The notes under the pieces are model-generated. The model was not told the origin of the DNA and did not search any database. It saw only the letters and a list, made by a program, of their open reading frames with translations. Positions 55,023 to 64,000 of a stretch of DNA of 64,000 bases are shown in pieces. Source of the stretch: Escherichia phage L27. The DNA lies in the sequence record LC473039.1, one strand, 5' to 3'. The first letter of the stretch is position 1, and the number at the start of each line of letters is the position of its first letter. A program made the position numbers and the translations under genes.

Positions 55023-55823
55023 ATGAATATTGATGTAGAAAAGATGCTTGAAGAAAAAGGTATTGACGAAGCGTTCTTAATCAATGCCGTAGAAAGCATG
55101 GCTATGATTCTTCGTGGGAACAACTACACAGAACAGTTTATGCCTGCAAGTTATAACCTACCTGAAGACAAGTCTGATAACGGTGCTTTTGCAGAACAGG
55201 TTAACATGATGCTTTGCGACAAAACACTTGCTCTGGCATCTATTGCGGTTGGTGTTGATGCTCTTGCAGAGTTCATTTTTTATGAGATGCAGAGAAATGA
55301 CTATATCAGGATGTCAGACGAAGATAAGGAACTGTTGCTGACTAAGGACACTGATTTCATTATTGATACACTTATCTCATCAACAAGTGCTGTTATGGCT
55401 GTTCTTGAGAAGCGTATGGAAGAGAAACTTTCACGATATGAAAAACTTGAATGGGGCGTAGAAGAATTAAGCCCACGAATCAAAGAAATTATCCAGCAAA
55501 CTAAAGAGTCTTTGGAAGAAGCTGTTGAAAATGACTCTGTAGCTGATATAGAACCTCTTCAGGTGAAAGTTGCACTGATGATTCCAGCTATCTCTACGAT
55601 GATGAATATTGTTGCACTAATCCAACTTTCACAGATGATGGGTGTGAGTATTGAGTTCATTGAAGAGATGACTGGTGGCGTCAGTATGCAAGCAATCAAT
55701 GATGTTTTGGTGAACATTGGTGCTTCAATCATTGAAGAGAAACTACGCATTAACTTCGGTGATGATTTTGTGAAGCAAATCTCAGCTATGGCTGAAAAAG
55801 AGTCTGCTGAGCAACTGCACTAA
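55023..55823 (+). CDS. hypothetical protein (266 aa)
   Basis: ORF. Confidence 0.55.
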   Translation: MNIDVEKMLEEKGIDEAFLINAVESMAMILRGNNYTEQFMPASYNLPEDKSDNGAFAEQVNMMLCDKTLALASIAVGVDALAEFIFYEMQRNDYIRMSDEDKELLLTKDTDFIIDTLISSTSAVMAVLEKRMEEKLSRYEKLEWGVEELSPRIKEIIQQTKESLEEAVENDSVADIEPLQVKVALMIPAISTMMNIVALIQLSQMMGVSIEFIEEMTGGVSMQAINDVLVNIGASIIEEKLRINFGDDFVKQISAMAEKESAEQLH

Positions 55824-55842
55824 GTCTTTATAAATCTTACAA

Positions 55843-55865
55843 GCCTCCTTAGTTGGGGGCTTTTT
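55843..55865 (+). terminator. rho-independent terminator
   Basis: gcctcc...gggggc hairpin followed by TTTTT; near-identical hairpin occurs inverted at 5629-5646. Confidence 0.65.
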
Positions 55866-55884
55866 AGTAATTAAGGGAGATAAA

Positions 55885-56628
55885 ATGAGTAATATTATTG
55901 CATTCACTGGAAAGGCACGTTCTGGAAAAGACACCTCGTGTTCTATTGTGAAGAACATCTTAGAGGATGAGTATGGCTACAATGTTGTAGTAATGGCCTA
56001 TGCAGACAACCTTAAGCTATCTGCATCAAAGATATTTGACCTGACTTGGAATGACCTGTATGGTGAAACTAAAGAGACTCCACAGGTTTTTGATTTATCA
56101 TATCCTGAACTGATGTTCAAAGTTACAGAAGCTATGGAGTTTACCTTCAAAGACGAACGTTACCATATGGATTTTAAGCTTATGTCAGAATTGACAGGAC
56201 GCTTAATCATGGAGCTTAAGAAGGTTGCTAAACCGACTCTATTAACACGTCTGGGATTTAGTAAAAAGTATAAATTCTCATCAAGGCAAATTCAACAGAT
56301 TTGGGGTACTGAAGTTATCCGTAAAGTTATGGGTGACAAATTCTGGGCTAAAGACCTCGAAAAACGAATGGCAAATTTCTTTGACGTTTGCTCACTTAGA
56401 AATCAAGAAGGTGTTGTTTTAATCAGTGACTTAAGGTTTGACTCTGAAGCTGAGTGGTTGAGCAGATTTGCACACCAAATTGTTGAAGTAAAAAGAGACA
56501 ATGTGGATAAGGTTTCATCACATGTTTCAGAAAATGGGATTTCTACCAAATATGCGCGTGACATTATCCATAATAATGGTACTCTTGCAGACCTTGAAAG
56601 CAAGTTAAGAGCTATCCTGAAAATTTAA
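55885..56628 (+). CDS. deoxynucleoside monophosphate kinase
   Basis: N-terminal P-loop 'IIAFTGKARSGKDT' resembles T4 gp1 as recalled. Confidence 0.7.
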   Translation: MSNIIAFTGKARSGKDTSCSIVKNILEDEYGYNVVVMAYADNLKLSASKIFDLTWNDLYGETKETPQVFDLSYPELMFKVTEAMEFTFKDERYHMDFKLMSELTGRLIMELKKVAKPTLLTRLGFSKKYKFSSRQIQQIWGTEVIRKVMGDKFWAKDLEKRMANFFDVCSLRNQEGVVLISDLRFDSEAEWLSRFAHQIVEVKRDNVDKVSSHVSENGISTKYARDIIHNNGTLADLESKLRAILKI

Positions 56629-56636
56629 AAGAGAGA

Positions 56637-56837
56637 ATGAAGATGAGAGTAAAAGATAATTTTAAAGTTATTGACCATCGTTTAGTGGAACTCTCATCTC
56701 TTTCCGATGAGGTAATGATTGAACGTCTTAAGAGAGTTGAATCACGAAGGAAAGAGATTGCAGATGAAATTCATGAACTGGACAAGATTGAAAACGGATT
56801 GAAGGCAGAACTACAACGAAGAGGTGCTAATGTCTAA
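56637..56837 (+). CDS. hypothetical protein (66 aa)
   Basis: ORF, stop overlaps primase start (ATG...TAA). Confidence 0.45.
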   Translation: MKMRVKDNFKVIDHRLVELSSLSDEVMIERLKRVESRRKEIADEIHELDKIENGLKAELQRRGANV

Positions 56838-58815
56838 AGGTCGTAAATTGAAAGAAGCTGGTCAGTTTATTGGTCATTGTGCATGTCCACGTTGTGGTTC
56901 ATCAGATGCTGGTTCAATCTACCACCATGACGATGATTCTTATTCGATGACTTGCTTTAGCTGTAACAAAGGTTTCCCAGAGTGGGATTTTGATAAAGGA
57001 CAAATCGTGAGCACTTATTCTACTGGTTCAGATAATAAAAACCGTACTTTCCGTGGAATGGATTTAGATGATGTAAAAGAAAACCTAGAAGCAATGGACT
57101 TGAAAGACAGGAAAATTCCTGCAAAAGTCCTTGAACGCTTAGGCATTAAGGTTGACATTGATAGTGATGGTGAAATTGATGCACATTTCTATCCAACTTA
57201 CAAACGTAATGAAGATGGCAAGCTAGAACATGTTGGCTACCGTGTTCGTCACCGTTACCCAGAAGACCACCCAAAAGAACACCTACGTGGTAAGCTAAAA
57301 GACTTTTCAGGTGGTGTTGGAGATATTAAAGGTGAACTGGCAATGTTCGGTTCATGGATTGCTCCAGAAGGTGGTAACCGTTTATTCATCTGGGAAGGTG
57401 AGATGGAATGTGCTACAGCAATCTACATGACTTCTCTGGCAATTAAAGATAAGTCTCGTCGCAAGAATTACTGTCACGTATCTGTTCCATCAGGTGCAAA
57501 CATTAAGTCTATCAAAGACAACTATCAGTACATCACATCATTTGATGAGATTTACTTGTGCTTTGATAATGATGAAGCAGGTGCTAAAGCTACCAAAGAG
57601 GCTGCTGGTATCCTACCTATTGAGAAGGTTCGTTTATTCCAGTATCCAGAAGGTGTAAAAGACCTTAATGAATGGTGGACAAAGTTCTATAAAGAGAAAG
57701 ATACAGTTCTGGAAGGATTTAAGCAGCGTATCTACAACGCACCTCGTTACTGCCCTGCTGGTATCAAGAACTTCGCAGATGGTTTTGAGGCAATGAAGAA
57801 TCGTGGTCAGATTCCATTGATTCCTTTCCCAGAATCTTTCGGAGATTTGAACAGGTTGACTTATGGTGGTTATGGTTTAGGTGAGATTACAACTATTGCA
57901 GCACCATCTTCAGTAGGTAAGTCAGCTTACACTCGTGAGATGATTTATTCAGCTTGGAAAGAAACCGATTACAATATTGGTGTAATTCCTGTAGAAGATA
58001 CCTATGAAGAGTTGATGGAGATGCTCTGTGCAATCCACCTGAGCAAACAGATTTCTGAGATTCCTTATGATGAACGCGATTGGGATGAATTGAAGGAAGC
58101 ACATGCAGAACTGTCTAAAGGTCGTCGTATCCACATAGTAGACCATCAAGGGGCAATTGACCAAGATAACCTGCTGGAATTTGTTGACTATCTTGTTAAC
58201 AGCTTGGACTGTAAGATTATAATTCTTGACCCTATTACGTTGGCTCTGTCACGTTCAGATACTGATGAAGAGGAAGTTTTATCTGAGCTATTGCGTCGTT
58301 GTAAACGCTACCAGTATGCACAGGTAAACGTCTGTCACGTTCGTAAAAGTGCAGGTGGTCAGAAGGCTAACTCTGAAGGTGGAGATATCTCTGAAGAGGA
58401 TATTAAAGGTTCTGGTGCGTATTTCCAGATTTCCATGAACAACATTCTGTTAATGCGTAACAAGGTTGACCCAGACCCTGTTAAGAAAAACTTGACAAAA
58501 ATCAAGTTAACTAAATGTCGTCGTCACGGTAAGTCAACGGGTATTGCTGGTCATACTTGGTACAATCCAGATACAGGGCGTCTTATCAAAGCATCTGGTT
58601 GCGGAGTTGACATTGATGGCGCAGCAGAAAATATTCGCCAACAGTTTGGTATTGGTGAAGCTGAAGACCATTACGATGACTCTTTACCACATTATGAGGA
58701 TGAAGTGTTTGACCGTGATACTGGTGAAGTCTATACTGAAGAGCAGCGTCAAAGCTCAACGATTCCACCTGTATTAAGTGAGGATGCAGATGACTGCCCA
58801 TTCGAAACTGAGTGA
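56830..58815 (+). CDS. DNA primase-helicase (T7 gp4-like)
   Basis: N-terminal Cys4 zinc ribbon, TOPRIM-like 'LCFDNDEAG', helicase Walker A 'APSSVGKS' and Walker B 'IIILDP'. Confidence 0.85.
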   Translation: MSKGRKLKEAGQFIGHCACPRCGSSDAGSIYHHDDDSYSMTCFSCNKGFPEWDFDKGQIVSTYSTGSDNKNRTFRGMDLDDVKENLEAMDLKDRKIPAKVLERLGIKVDIDSDGEIDAHFYPTYKRNEDGKLEHVGYRVRHRYPEDHPKEHLRGKLKDFSGGVGDIKGELAMFGSWIAPEGGNRLFIWEGEMECATAIYMTSLAIKDKSRRKNYCHVSVPSGANIKSIKDNYQYITSFDEIYLCFDNDEAGAKATKEAAGILPIEKVRLFQYPEGVKDLNEWWTKFYKEKDTVLEGFKQRIYNAPRYCPAGIKNFADGFEAMKNRGQIPLIPFPESFGDLNRLTYGGYGLGEITTIAAPSSVGKSAYTREMIYSAWKETDYNIGVIPVEDTYEELMEMLCAIHLSKQISEIPYDERDWDELKEAHAELSKGRRIHIVDHQGAIDQDNLLEFVDYLVNSLDCKIIILDPITLALSRSDTDEEEVLSELLRRCKRYQYAQVNVCHVRKSAGGQKANSEGGDISEEDIKGSGAYFQISMNNILLMRNKVDPDPVKKNLTKIKLTKCRRHGKSTGIAGHTWYNPDTGRLIKASGCGVDIDGAAENIRQQFGIGEAEDHYDDSLPHYEDEVFDRDTGEVYTEEQRQSSTIPPVLSEDADDCPFETE

Positions 58816-59071
58816 TAGTTATAAAAGAGAGGGGTTCACACCCTTCTTTGAAGAAAAAAGTTTAAATAAATTTCAGGAAGAGTGTTTGACAAAGATTGAT
58901 AGGTTCTATAGAATGCTCCACATGAAATGCAACGGGGAAGTTGAGATAAAAGAAGATTTCCACCAAAGCATGATTACAGTCATCATTGCGCTGCCTCAGT
59001 ATAATATTAGTTGGCTGTTTATAATTAAAGAAAATGTGTTTGAATATCAAGTATATCGGAGAATATCATGA
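58790..59071 (+). CDS. hypothetical protein (93 aa)
   Basis: ORF overlapping 3' end of helicase in another frame. Confidence 0.35.
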   Translation: MTAHSKLSDSYKREGFTPFFEEKSLNKFQEECLTKIDRFYRMLHMKCNGEVEIKEDFHQSMITVIIALPQYNISWLFIIKENVFEYQVYRRIS

Positions 59072-59217
59072 AACACTCTAAAGCGTTTGAAAAAGTTTTT
59101 GGGGATTCCTTAAAAGCCACTGCTGGAAAACCAGCAAAATACTATGAAGAAAAACGTGTAAGAGCTGGAAAAACTGCACGCAAAGCAGCTTCTAAAGATA
59201 AGCACAACTTCCAGTAA
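59068..59217 (+). CDS. possible small basic protein (49 aa)
   Basis: ATG with GGAGA RBS, ATGA overlap with preceding ORF; below track threshold. Confidence 0.35.
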   Translation: MKHSKAFEKVFGDSLKATAGKPAKYYEEKRVRAGKTARKAASKDKHNFQ

Positions 59218-59289
59218 TTAGTATTTGACAATAGAGTATCAACAAACTAGAATTGGTACTCTTCATAAATTGAGATAGAGGTTTAAATA

Positions 59290-60147
59290 ATGTCTAAAGT
59301 TGTTAAAATGAAAGCTCCGGTAGAGAAGTACAATGGTACTGAACGTCAAACTCTGCGTTACCTGCTGAAAGATGTCTGGTTTTATTACCTGAACACTTCA
59401 CCACGTCCGGGCAAAGGTAAATCTGTTGACAAGAAATTCCCAGGAAAAGATTGTAACTACAGCGTATCAATTCTGGCAGAAGACGGTAACAAGCTCTTTA
59501 AAGAGTTTACTAAGTCTAAGAAAAATCCAGAAGGCTGGGATAAAGTCACTACTGAAGCAGTTGATGCAGACGACTTCGAAGAGAAGTTTGGTTGTAAACC
59601 ACCTTTTGAAGCAGACACTTACTACATCTTGAAAGTAAGTCGTGCAGCAGCTTATAAAGATGGTGCTGTATGGACAGCTAAACAGTCATTCCCTGTTATG
59701 CTTATTGAAGAAGTAAATGGTAAGCGTGTAGCTGTTAAACAGCCAATGAAGAAAATCAAAGCTCAAGCATCTGATAAACATGAAGATGACAAGAACTATG
59801 ATGTAATTCACCCAGATATTGCAGTTGGTAACGGTTCTTTTGGTAGTGTGATTCTTTCTACTCACTTCTACACTTTTGAGAACAATGTTCTGACAAAACC
59901 TATTCAGGAACAGTTTATCATTGATACTCTTGTACCTTACACTGGTGGTAACGGCGCTAATGGTGAACCTGAACTGGATGAAGATGAACTGGCTATGCTT
60001 GGTCTTGATGGTGTTGAAGATAATGGTGAAATCACTGAAGAAGACGCAAAAGACCACAAACCTTCGAATGATTCTGATGATGGTGACGATGAAGACTTGC
60101 CAGACCCAGATGACGAAGAAGATGAAGACTTCGATACAGAAGACTAA
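59290..60147 (+). CDS. single-stranded DNA-binding protein (T7 gp2.5-like)
   Basis: 285 aa with strongly acidic C-terminal tail ending DEDFDTED; position in replication module. Confidence 0.65.
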   Translation: MSKVVKMKAPVEKYNGTERQTLRYLLKDVWFYYLNTSPRPGKGKSVDKKFPGKDCNYSVSILAEDGNKLFKEFTKSKKNPEGWDKVTTEAVDADDFEEKFGCKPPFEADTYYILKVSRAAAYKDGAVWTAKQSFPVMLIEEVNGKRVAVKQPMKKIKAQASDKHEDDKNYDVIHPDIAVGNGSFGSVILSTHFYTFENNVLTKPIQEQFIIDTLVPYTGGNGANGEPELDEDELAMLGLDGVEDNGEITEEDAKDHKPSNDSDDGDDEDLPDPDDEEDEDFDTED

Positions 60148-60209
60148 TCTCTAAAAGTTACTTTAAAGCCCTGTACTTAGTATGGGGCTTTTTCATATGG
60201 AGAGTCACA

Positions 60210-61250
60210 ATGGAGAAGTATACGCTAACAAAACTTCCCGATTCAGTTACACATGTCTTTATTGACTCTGACAGTATTGCCTATAAAGGTGCTTGTGTAG
60301 TTGAGAAAGCAAAGTATAAATATGTCAATAAACTCACAGCAGAAGAATCTGATTCGTTTGATAATGCGAAAGATGCTGCAAGATGGTTAGCAGACCAGAG
60401 AATCCTTGTGGAAGAGCTTGGCCTGACATTTGATGAAGATGAATGGGAAAGACAGACTTGGAAAGAAGCTAAGAGTGAAAAAGAAGCTATCATGGCTACT
60501 CAACAGGTGCTTCAAGAATGGCTTAAGGTTGTTGGTAAAGAAAGAACTTGGGTAGGTTACTTAACAGAGAAGGGTGTACATAAACATAAAGACATTAAAG
60601 GTCTTGAGCACCAATATCAAGGTAACCGTAAAGGTGCTGTCACACCAACACACTTGGTCGCTTGTCGTGAATATCTTCTGTCAAGACCAGAGTTCAAACT
60701 AATTCTTGATGGATTTGAAGCTGACTCTATCGTTATTGCTAAAGCTGAAAAGATGGGAAAAAAGGCTGCCTTAATGAGTATTGATAAAGACCTTCGCCAA
60801 GCTGAAGGGACTTACTGCATTGATATGACCTATGAAAAGTCGCCTTTGATTTTCATTGCTGATAACAACGTTGGTGAAATTTGGGATTGTCCAATAAAAT
60901 CGACACCAAAAGCTAAGAAGACAGTTGGGGTAGGTTTTAAATTTCTTTGTTACCAAGCTGTGGCTGGTGATAATGCGGATAATTATTTCGGTTTAAAGGG
61001 TGTTGGTAAGGTTACTATAATGAAAGCCCTTGAAGGTAAAAATACTTATAAAGAGTGCCTTGATGCTATCTATGAACTTTATGCTAAGAAAGAGTCATAC
61101 ACTTATGTATCATGGGATGGTCAAACAATTACCAGAACACCTTTAGAGTTGATGCAGCAACACTTTTTCTTAGCTTATCAGGAAAGAAACAAGAAAGACG
61201 ATTTCACTTTTAAGAAATATAATTGGGAGCCTTGTATGAATGAAGATTAA
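60210..61250 (+). CDS. 5'-3' exonuclease / flap endonuclease
   Basis: H3TH-like motif 'AVAGDNADNYFGLKGVGKVT'. Confidence 0.75.
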   Translation: MEKYTLTKLPDSVTHVFIDSDSIAYKGACVVEKAKYKYVNKLTAEESDSFDNAKDAARWLADQRILVEELGLTFDEDEWERQTWKEAKSEKEAIMATQQVLQEWLKVVGKERTWVGYLTEKGVHKHKDIKGLEHQYQGNRKGAVTPTHLVACREYLLSRPEFKLILDGFEADSIVIAKAEKMGKKAALMSIDKDLRQAEGTYCIDMTYEKSPLIFIADNNVGEIWDCPIKSTPKAKKTVGVGFKFLCYQAVAGDNADNYFGLKGVGKVTIMKALEGKNTYKECLDAIYELYAKKESYTYVSWDGQTITRTPLELMQQHFFLAYQERNKKDDFTFKKYNWEPCMNED

Positions 61251-61737
61251 AGGATTTGGTAATTGCCCCATCTATGGTCATTGGGTATCTTTATGTGGGG
61301 AAGTTGACCCCACTAAACATTTTGGCTTTGTCTATTTAGTACACTGTAAGAAGACTGGACAATATTATATCGGAAGGAAACAGTTTAATAGCGTGACCAA
61401 AAGAAAAGTTGCTGGCAAGACTCGGAAGAAGGTAGTCACTAAGGAAAGTGATTGGAGGACTTATGAGACTTCTTCTGAGTATATTAAAAAAGATATTGAA
61501 AGCTTTGGAAAGGAGTCTTTTGACTTTTACATTATCCAAACCTACTACACAAAAGGTGGCCTAGTCTATGGTGAAGCAAACCTTCAACATAAATTCGATG
61601 TAATGACAAAAAGGATTGACTCGAAGCTCAGACTCTTCTACAATGCCAATATTGCAGCAATTAAGTTTATTACTAAAGAAACTTATGAAGATGCTGAAAA
61701 AAGAATCCATAAGGTAATGAAAGCAAATTGTGCTTAA
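61240..61737 (+). CDS. putative GIY-YIG endonuclease
   Basis: 'FVYLVHCKKTGQYYIGRK' fits GIY-x10-YIG. Confidence 0.55.
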   Translation: MKIKGFGNCPIYGHWVSLCGEVDPTKHFGFVYLVHCKKTGQYYIGRKQFNSVTKRKVAGKTRKKVVTKESDWRTYETSSEYIKKDIESFGKESFDFYIIQTYYTKGGLVYGEANLQHKFDVMTKRIDSKLRLFYNANIAAIKFITKETYEDAEKRIHKVMKANCA

Positions 61738-61758
61738 CAACTATTGAGAGAGAATAAA

Positions 61759-62007
61759 ATGTTTAACAAAAGCAAAGCTGTGAGCCATGTAGCAAAAGTT
61801 GACAGCAAGATTGAAGAACTTGAGCGCATCCTTGCAAATGCTAGAGAATCAATAATTAAAGAAGTCGAAGCTGTTGAATCACAAATGCAGCACCTAATGC
61901 TTAAACGTCAAGAGCTACGTGAGCATCTAGAATATATTGAAACACGAGAGCTAAAGGTTAACAAATATTTTAAGGAGTCCGAATGTTTAACTCAAGAGAA
62001 TCAGTAA
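61759..62007 (+). CDS. hypothetical coiled-coil protein (82 aa)
   Basis: ATG at 61759 after GAGAGAG RBS. Confidence 0.45.
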   Translation: MFNKSKAVSHVAKVDSKIEELERILANARESIIKEVEAVESQMQHLMLKRQELREHLEYIETRELKVNKYFKESECLTQENQ

Positions 62008-62738
62008 AAAACTGGAACCTTCGTTGTGGAAACACTCAAAAGCAACCTTACAGTGATGAGTATTGGGAATCTTTAAAATCTCAATCTCTGTGTATGCTTG
62101 AAGAAGCAAAAGAGCTTGTAAAAGCAATTGAAGAGAAAGACCCCATTGAGACACTGGATGCTCAGGCAGATTTACAATATGTTCTTGACGGTTTGATTTA
62201 CCTGTCACAACATGACCATAATGGTGCTATGAAAGCTGTTTGCCATAATAATGACCTGAAGTACACAGATGACTATGAAGAAGCTTTAAAACGTCTTGCA
62301 GATATTGAGAAGCGTACTGGTCAAGAGTGTATTATCAGAATGTCAGTAGTTGATGGTAAAGAATGGTATGCCATTGTTCGTGTAGCAGATGGGAAGATTA
62401 TGAAGCAATCGAATCTCCCTAAAGTACAGCTTGGTGAATACATTGTAGAACTTGAAAGCCAAGAACTTTTTGTGGTAGTATCTGAGACATGCGTTATCTG
62501 CAAAGGTATTGTAGGTAGCTTAAAGGATTTGGGTGTAGATGGTTTTGTAGAAGTTAATCCAATTACCTCTAAAGCAGATAAAGACTTCTGTAAAGAGAAT
62601 GGACTATGGATTGCAGATATTGTCTACTATGATGGTGAGCAGTTCCATGTAACCTCATACCCGAAACTGAATTATGATGCTAATAACCTGAAGTGTTGGT
62701 TAAAAGGGGTTGGTTATAATGGATTCACAGAACATTAA
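61983..62738 (+). CDS. hypothetical protein (251 aa) with C-terminal CxxC motif
   Basis: 'SETCVICKG' CxxC, possible redoxin-like fold; N-terminal acidic helical region. Confidence 0.5.
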   Translation: MFNSRESVKNWNLRCGNTQKQPYSDEYWESLKSQSLCMLEEAKELVKAIEEKDPIETLDAQADLQYVLDGLIYLSQHDHNGAMKAVCHNNDLKYTDDYEEALKRLADIEKRTGQECIIRMSVVDGKEWYAIVRVADGKIMKQSNLPKVQLGEYIVELESQELFVVVSETCVICKGIVGSLKDLGVDGFVEVNPITSKADKDFCKENGLWIADIVYYDGEQFHVTSYPKLNYDANNLKCWLKGVGYNGFTEH

Positions 62739-63042
62739 TAAAGAATGTGTGGCTCAGAAGAGCCACTTCTCAAACTACAATATTTCTATGACGGTGTTTA
62801 TGTATGACCCGTTACTTGAGAAGTATGGTGAGACTCCAGATACACTTCTGGATAATGAACAAGTTTTAAAAGCAGTCCTGTACAAATATGGGATTGATGT
62901 CGAGAAAGAGTATTCTTTTGAAATCTGCCAACACAGGAATACTTTCGGTAAAGTCGTGATGGCTCCGCTCTTTATGGGTGTAGAAAGGACTGACTATGGT
63001 TGGCTGTATCTGAAAAGAAACTTGGAGAAATACCGTGTCTAA
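62710..63042 (+). CDS. hypothetical protein (110 aa)
   Basis: ORF. Confidence 0.45.
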   Translation: MVIMDSQNINKECVAQKSHFSNYNISMTVFMYDPLLEKYGETPDTLLDNEQVLKAVLYKYGIDVEKEYSFEICQHRNTFGKVVMAPLFMGVERTDYGWLYLKRNLEKYRV

Positions 63043-63370
63043 AACAAAAAAGCTATCTTATGATGACATTATCTCAGGTGCTAAGTTAGGTGTTGACAGT
63101 ATCGGACAAGATATCAAGCACGGAGACACAGTTATGTACTGTGATGACCGAAGAGGCAGAAGTGCAATATTGTTTGGAAGAATTCTTTGCAAGATACGAG
63201 GTAATTACGTTGTTGCAGACATGGATGAGAGCACTGCACAAGAGCTTGAAGCAATTATGAATGGTAATACACCATCGTGGTTCCTGAACTGTATGCACAC
63301 TTCTTCAGTCACAAAGGTAAGTGATAAGTTTTACGATATGTGGCAGAATGAGCAAATTTTCAAGATTTAA
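63035..63370 (+). CDS. hypothetical protein (111 aa)
   Basis: ORF. Confidence 0.45.
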   Translation: MSKTKKLSYDDIISGAKLGVDSIGQDIKHGDTVMYCDDRRGRSAILFGRILCKIRGNYVVADMDESTAQELEAIMNGNTPSWFLNCMHTSSVTKVSDKFYDMWQNEQIFKI

Positions 63371-63376
63371 ACTACG

Positions 63377-63398
63377 GAGCCTCTTCGGAGGCTCTTTT
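63377..63398 (+). terminator. terminator or attenuator hairpin upstream of nrdA
   Basis: gagcctc-ttcg-gaggctc followed by TTTT. Confidence 0.6.
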
Positions 63399-63416
63399 CA
63401 CCTGTAGGATTCAAAA

Positions 63417-64000
63417 ATGATTAAGACAATTAAAAAATCAAACGGTACAGTAGTAAGCTTTGACCCAGAAAGACTGAATAAATGGGCATCATGGGCAGAT
63501 AAACGTGGAATTATCTGGTCAGAAGTCACTATGGAAGCTATGAAACGTGTTTATGAAGGTTGCACTACAAAAGAGATGCACCAAGCCATGATTGATGTTT
63601 GTGTTGATAAACAAACTCAAGAGTACTCAGATATGGCTGGGCGGCTACTTTTGGGCATTATCTACAAAGAAGCCTTTGGAGGCTTTACTAAGGTTCCTAC
63701 GCTGATTACCTTCGTTAAAAATATGGAGAGAGCAGGACTTTGGGAGAAGATGGATTATTCACAGGAAGAGCTTGAATACCTGCAAGGTTACATCGTGCAC
63801 TCAAAAGATATCTCTTACGGTTATGCAGTATTGAAACAGTTCAGAGACAAGTATGGTATCCGTGATATTAAAACAGGAAGACTTTTTGAGTCACCACAAT
63901 TTATGTTTATGGGTATGGCTATGAAAGCCTTTGAGAAGCAACCAAAGCACCGTAGACTGCAAGATGTTATCAAGCTGTACACTTACCTATCTGACCTGAA
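63417..64000 (+). CDS. nrdA: ribonucleotide reductase large subunit, 5' part (runs off window)
   Basis: N-terminal ATP-cone-like segment 'IKKSNGTVVSFDPERLNKW'; ORF open to window end. Confidence 0.65.
   Translation, partial: MIKTIKKSNGTVVSFDPERLNKWASWADKRGIIWSEVTMEAMKRVYEGCTTKEMHQAMIDVCVDKQTQEYSDMAGRLLLGIIYKEAFGGFTKVPTLITFVKNMERAGLWEKMDYSQEELEYLQGYIVHSKDISYGYAVLKQFRDKYGIRDIKTGRLFESPQFMFMGMAMKAFEKQPKHRRLQDVIKLYTYLSDL

Overview
This window reads as part of a virulent tailed-phage genome, about 40% GC, with no host genes. It holds an early block of small genes with repeated promoter/5'-hairpin/RBS cassettes (1-3880), a 1.7 kb ORF-free repeat-rich region (3945-5610), and a minus-strand block with a GH24 endolysin (5659-12383). 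A Ro60-like vWA/MIDAS protein gene (13064-14479) is followed by a tRNA cluster of about 27 tRNA or tRNA-like genes (14645-20427) interspersed with two HNH endonuclease genes and a family of small structured RNA-like elements. The late block (20651-44364) runs terminase, portal, S49 protease/scaffold, major capsid, tail sheath and tube, tape measure, P2/Mu-like baseplate and two tail fibers. The replication/nucleotide block (44402-64000) has thymidylate synthase, DHFR, ATP-dependent ligase, a T7-like family A DNA polymerase interrupted by a group I intron, dNMP kinase, primase-helicase, SSB, 5'-3' exonuclease, a GIY-YIG endonuclease and the start of nrdA. The two strongest leads are the intron in the polymerase gene and a candidate Ro60/Y-RNA-like system in and next to the tRNA cluster. 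All calls come from manual reading and remembered family motifs; no searches or folding programs were run, and tRNA coordinates and anticodons are hand-folded approximations.
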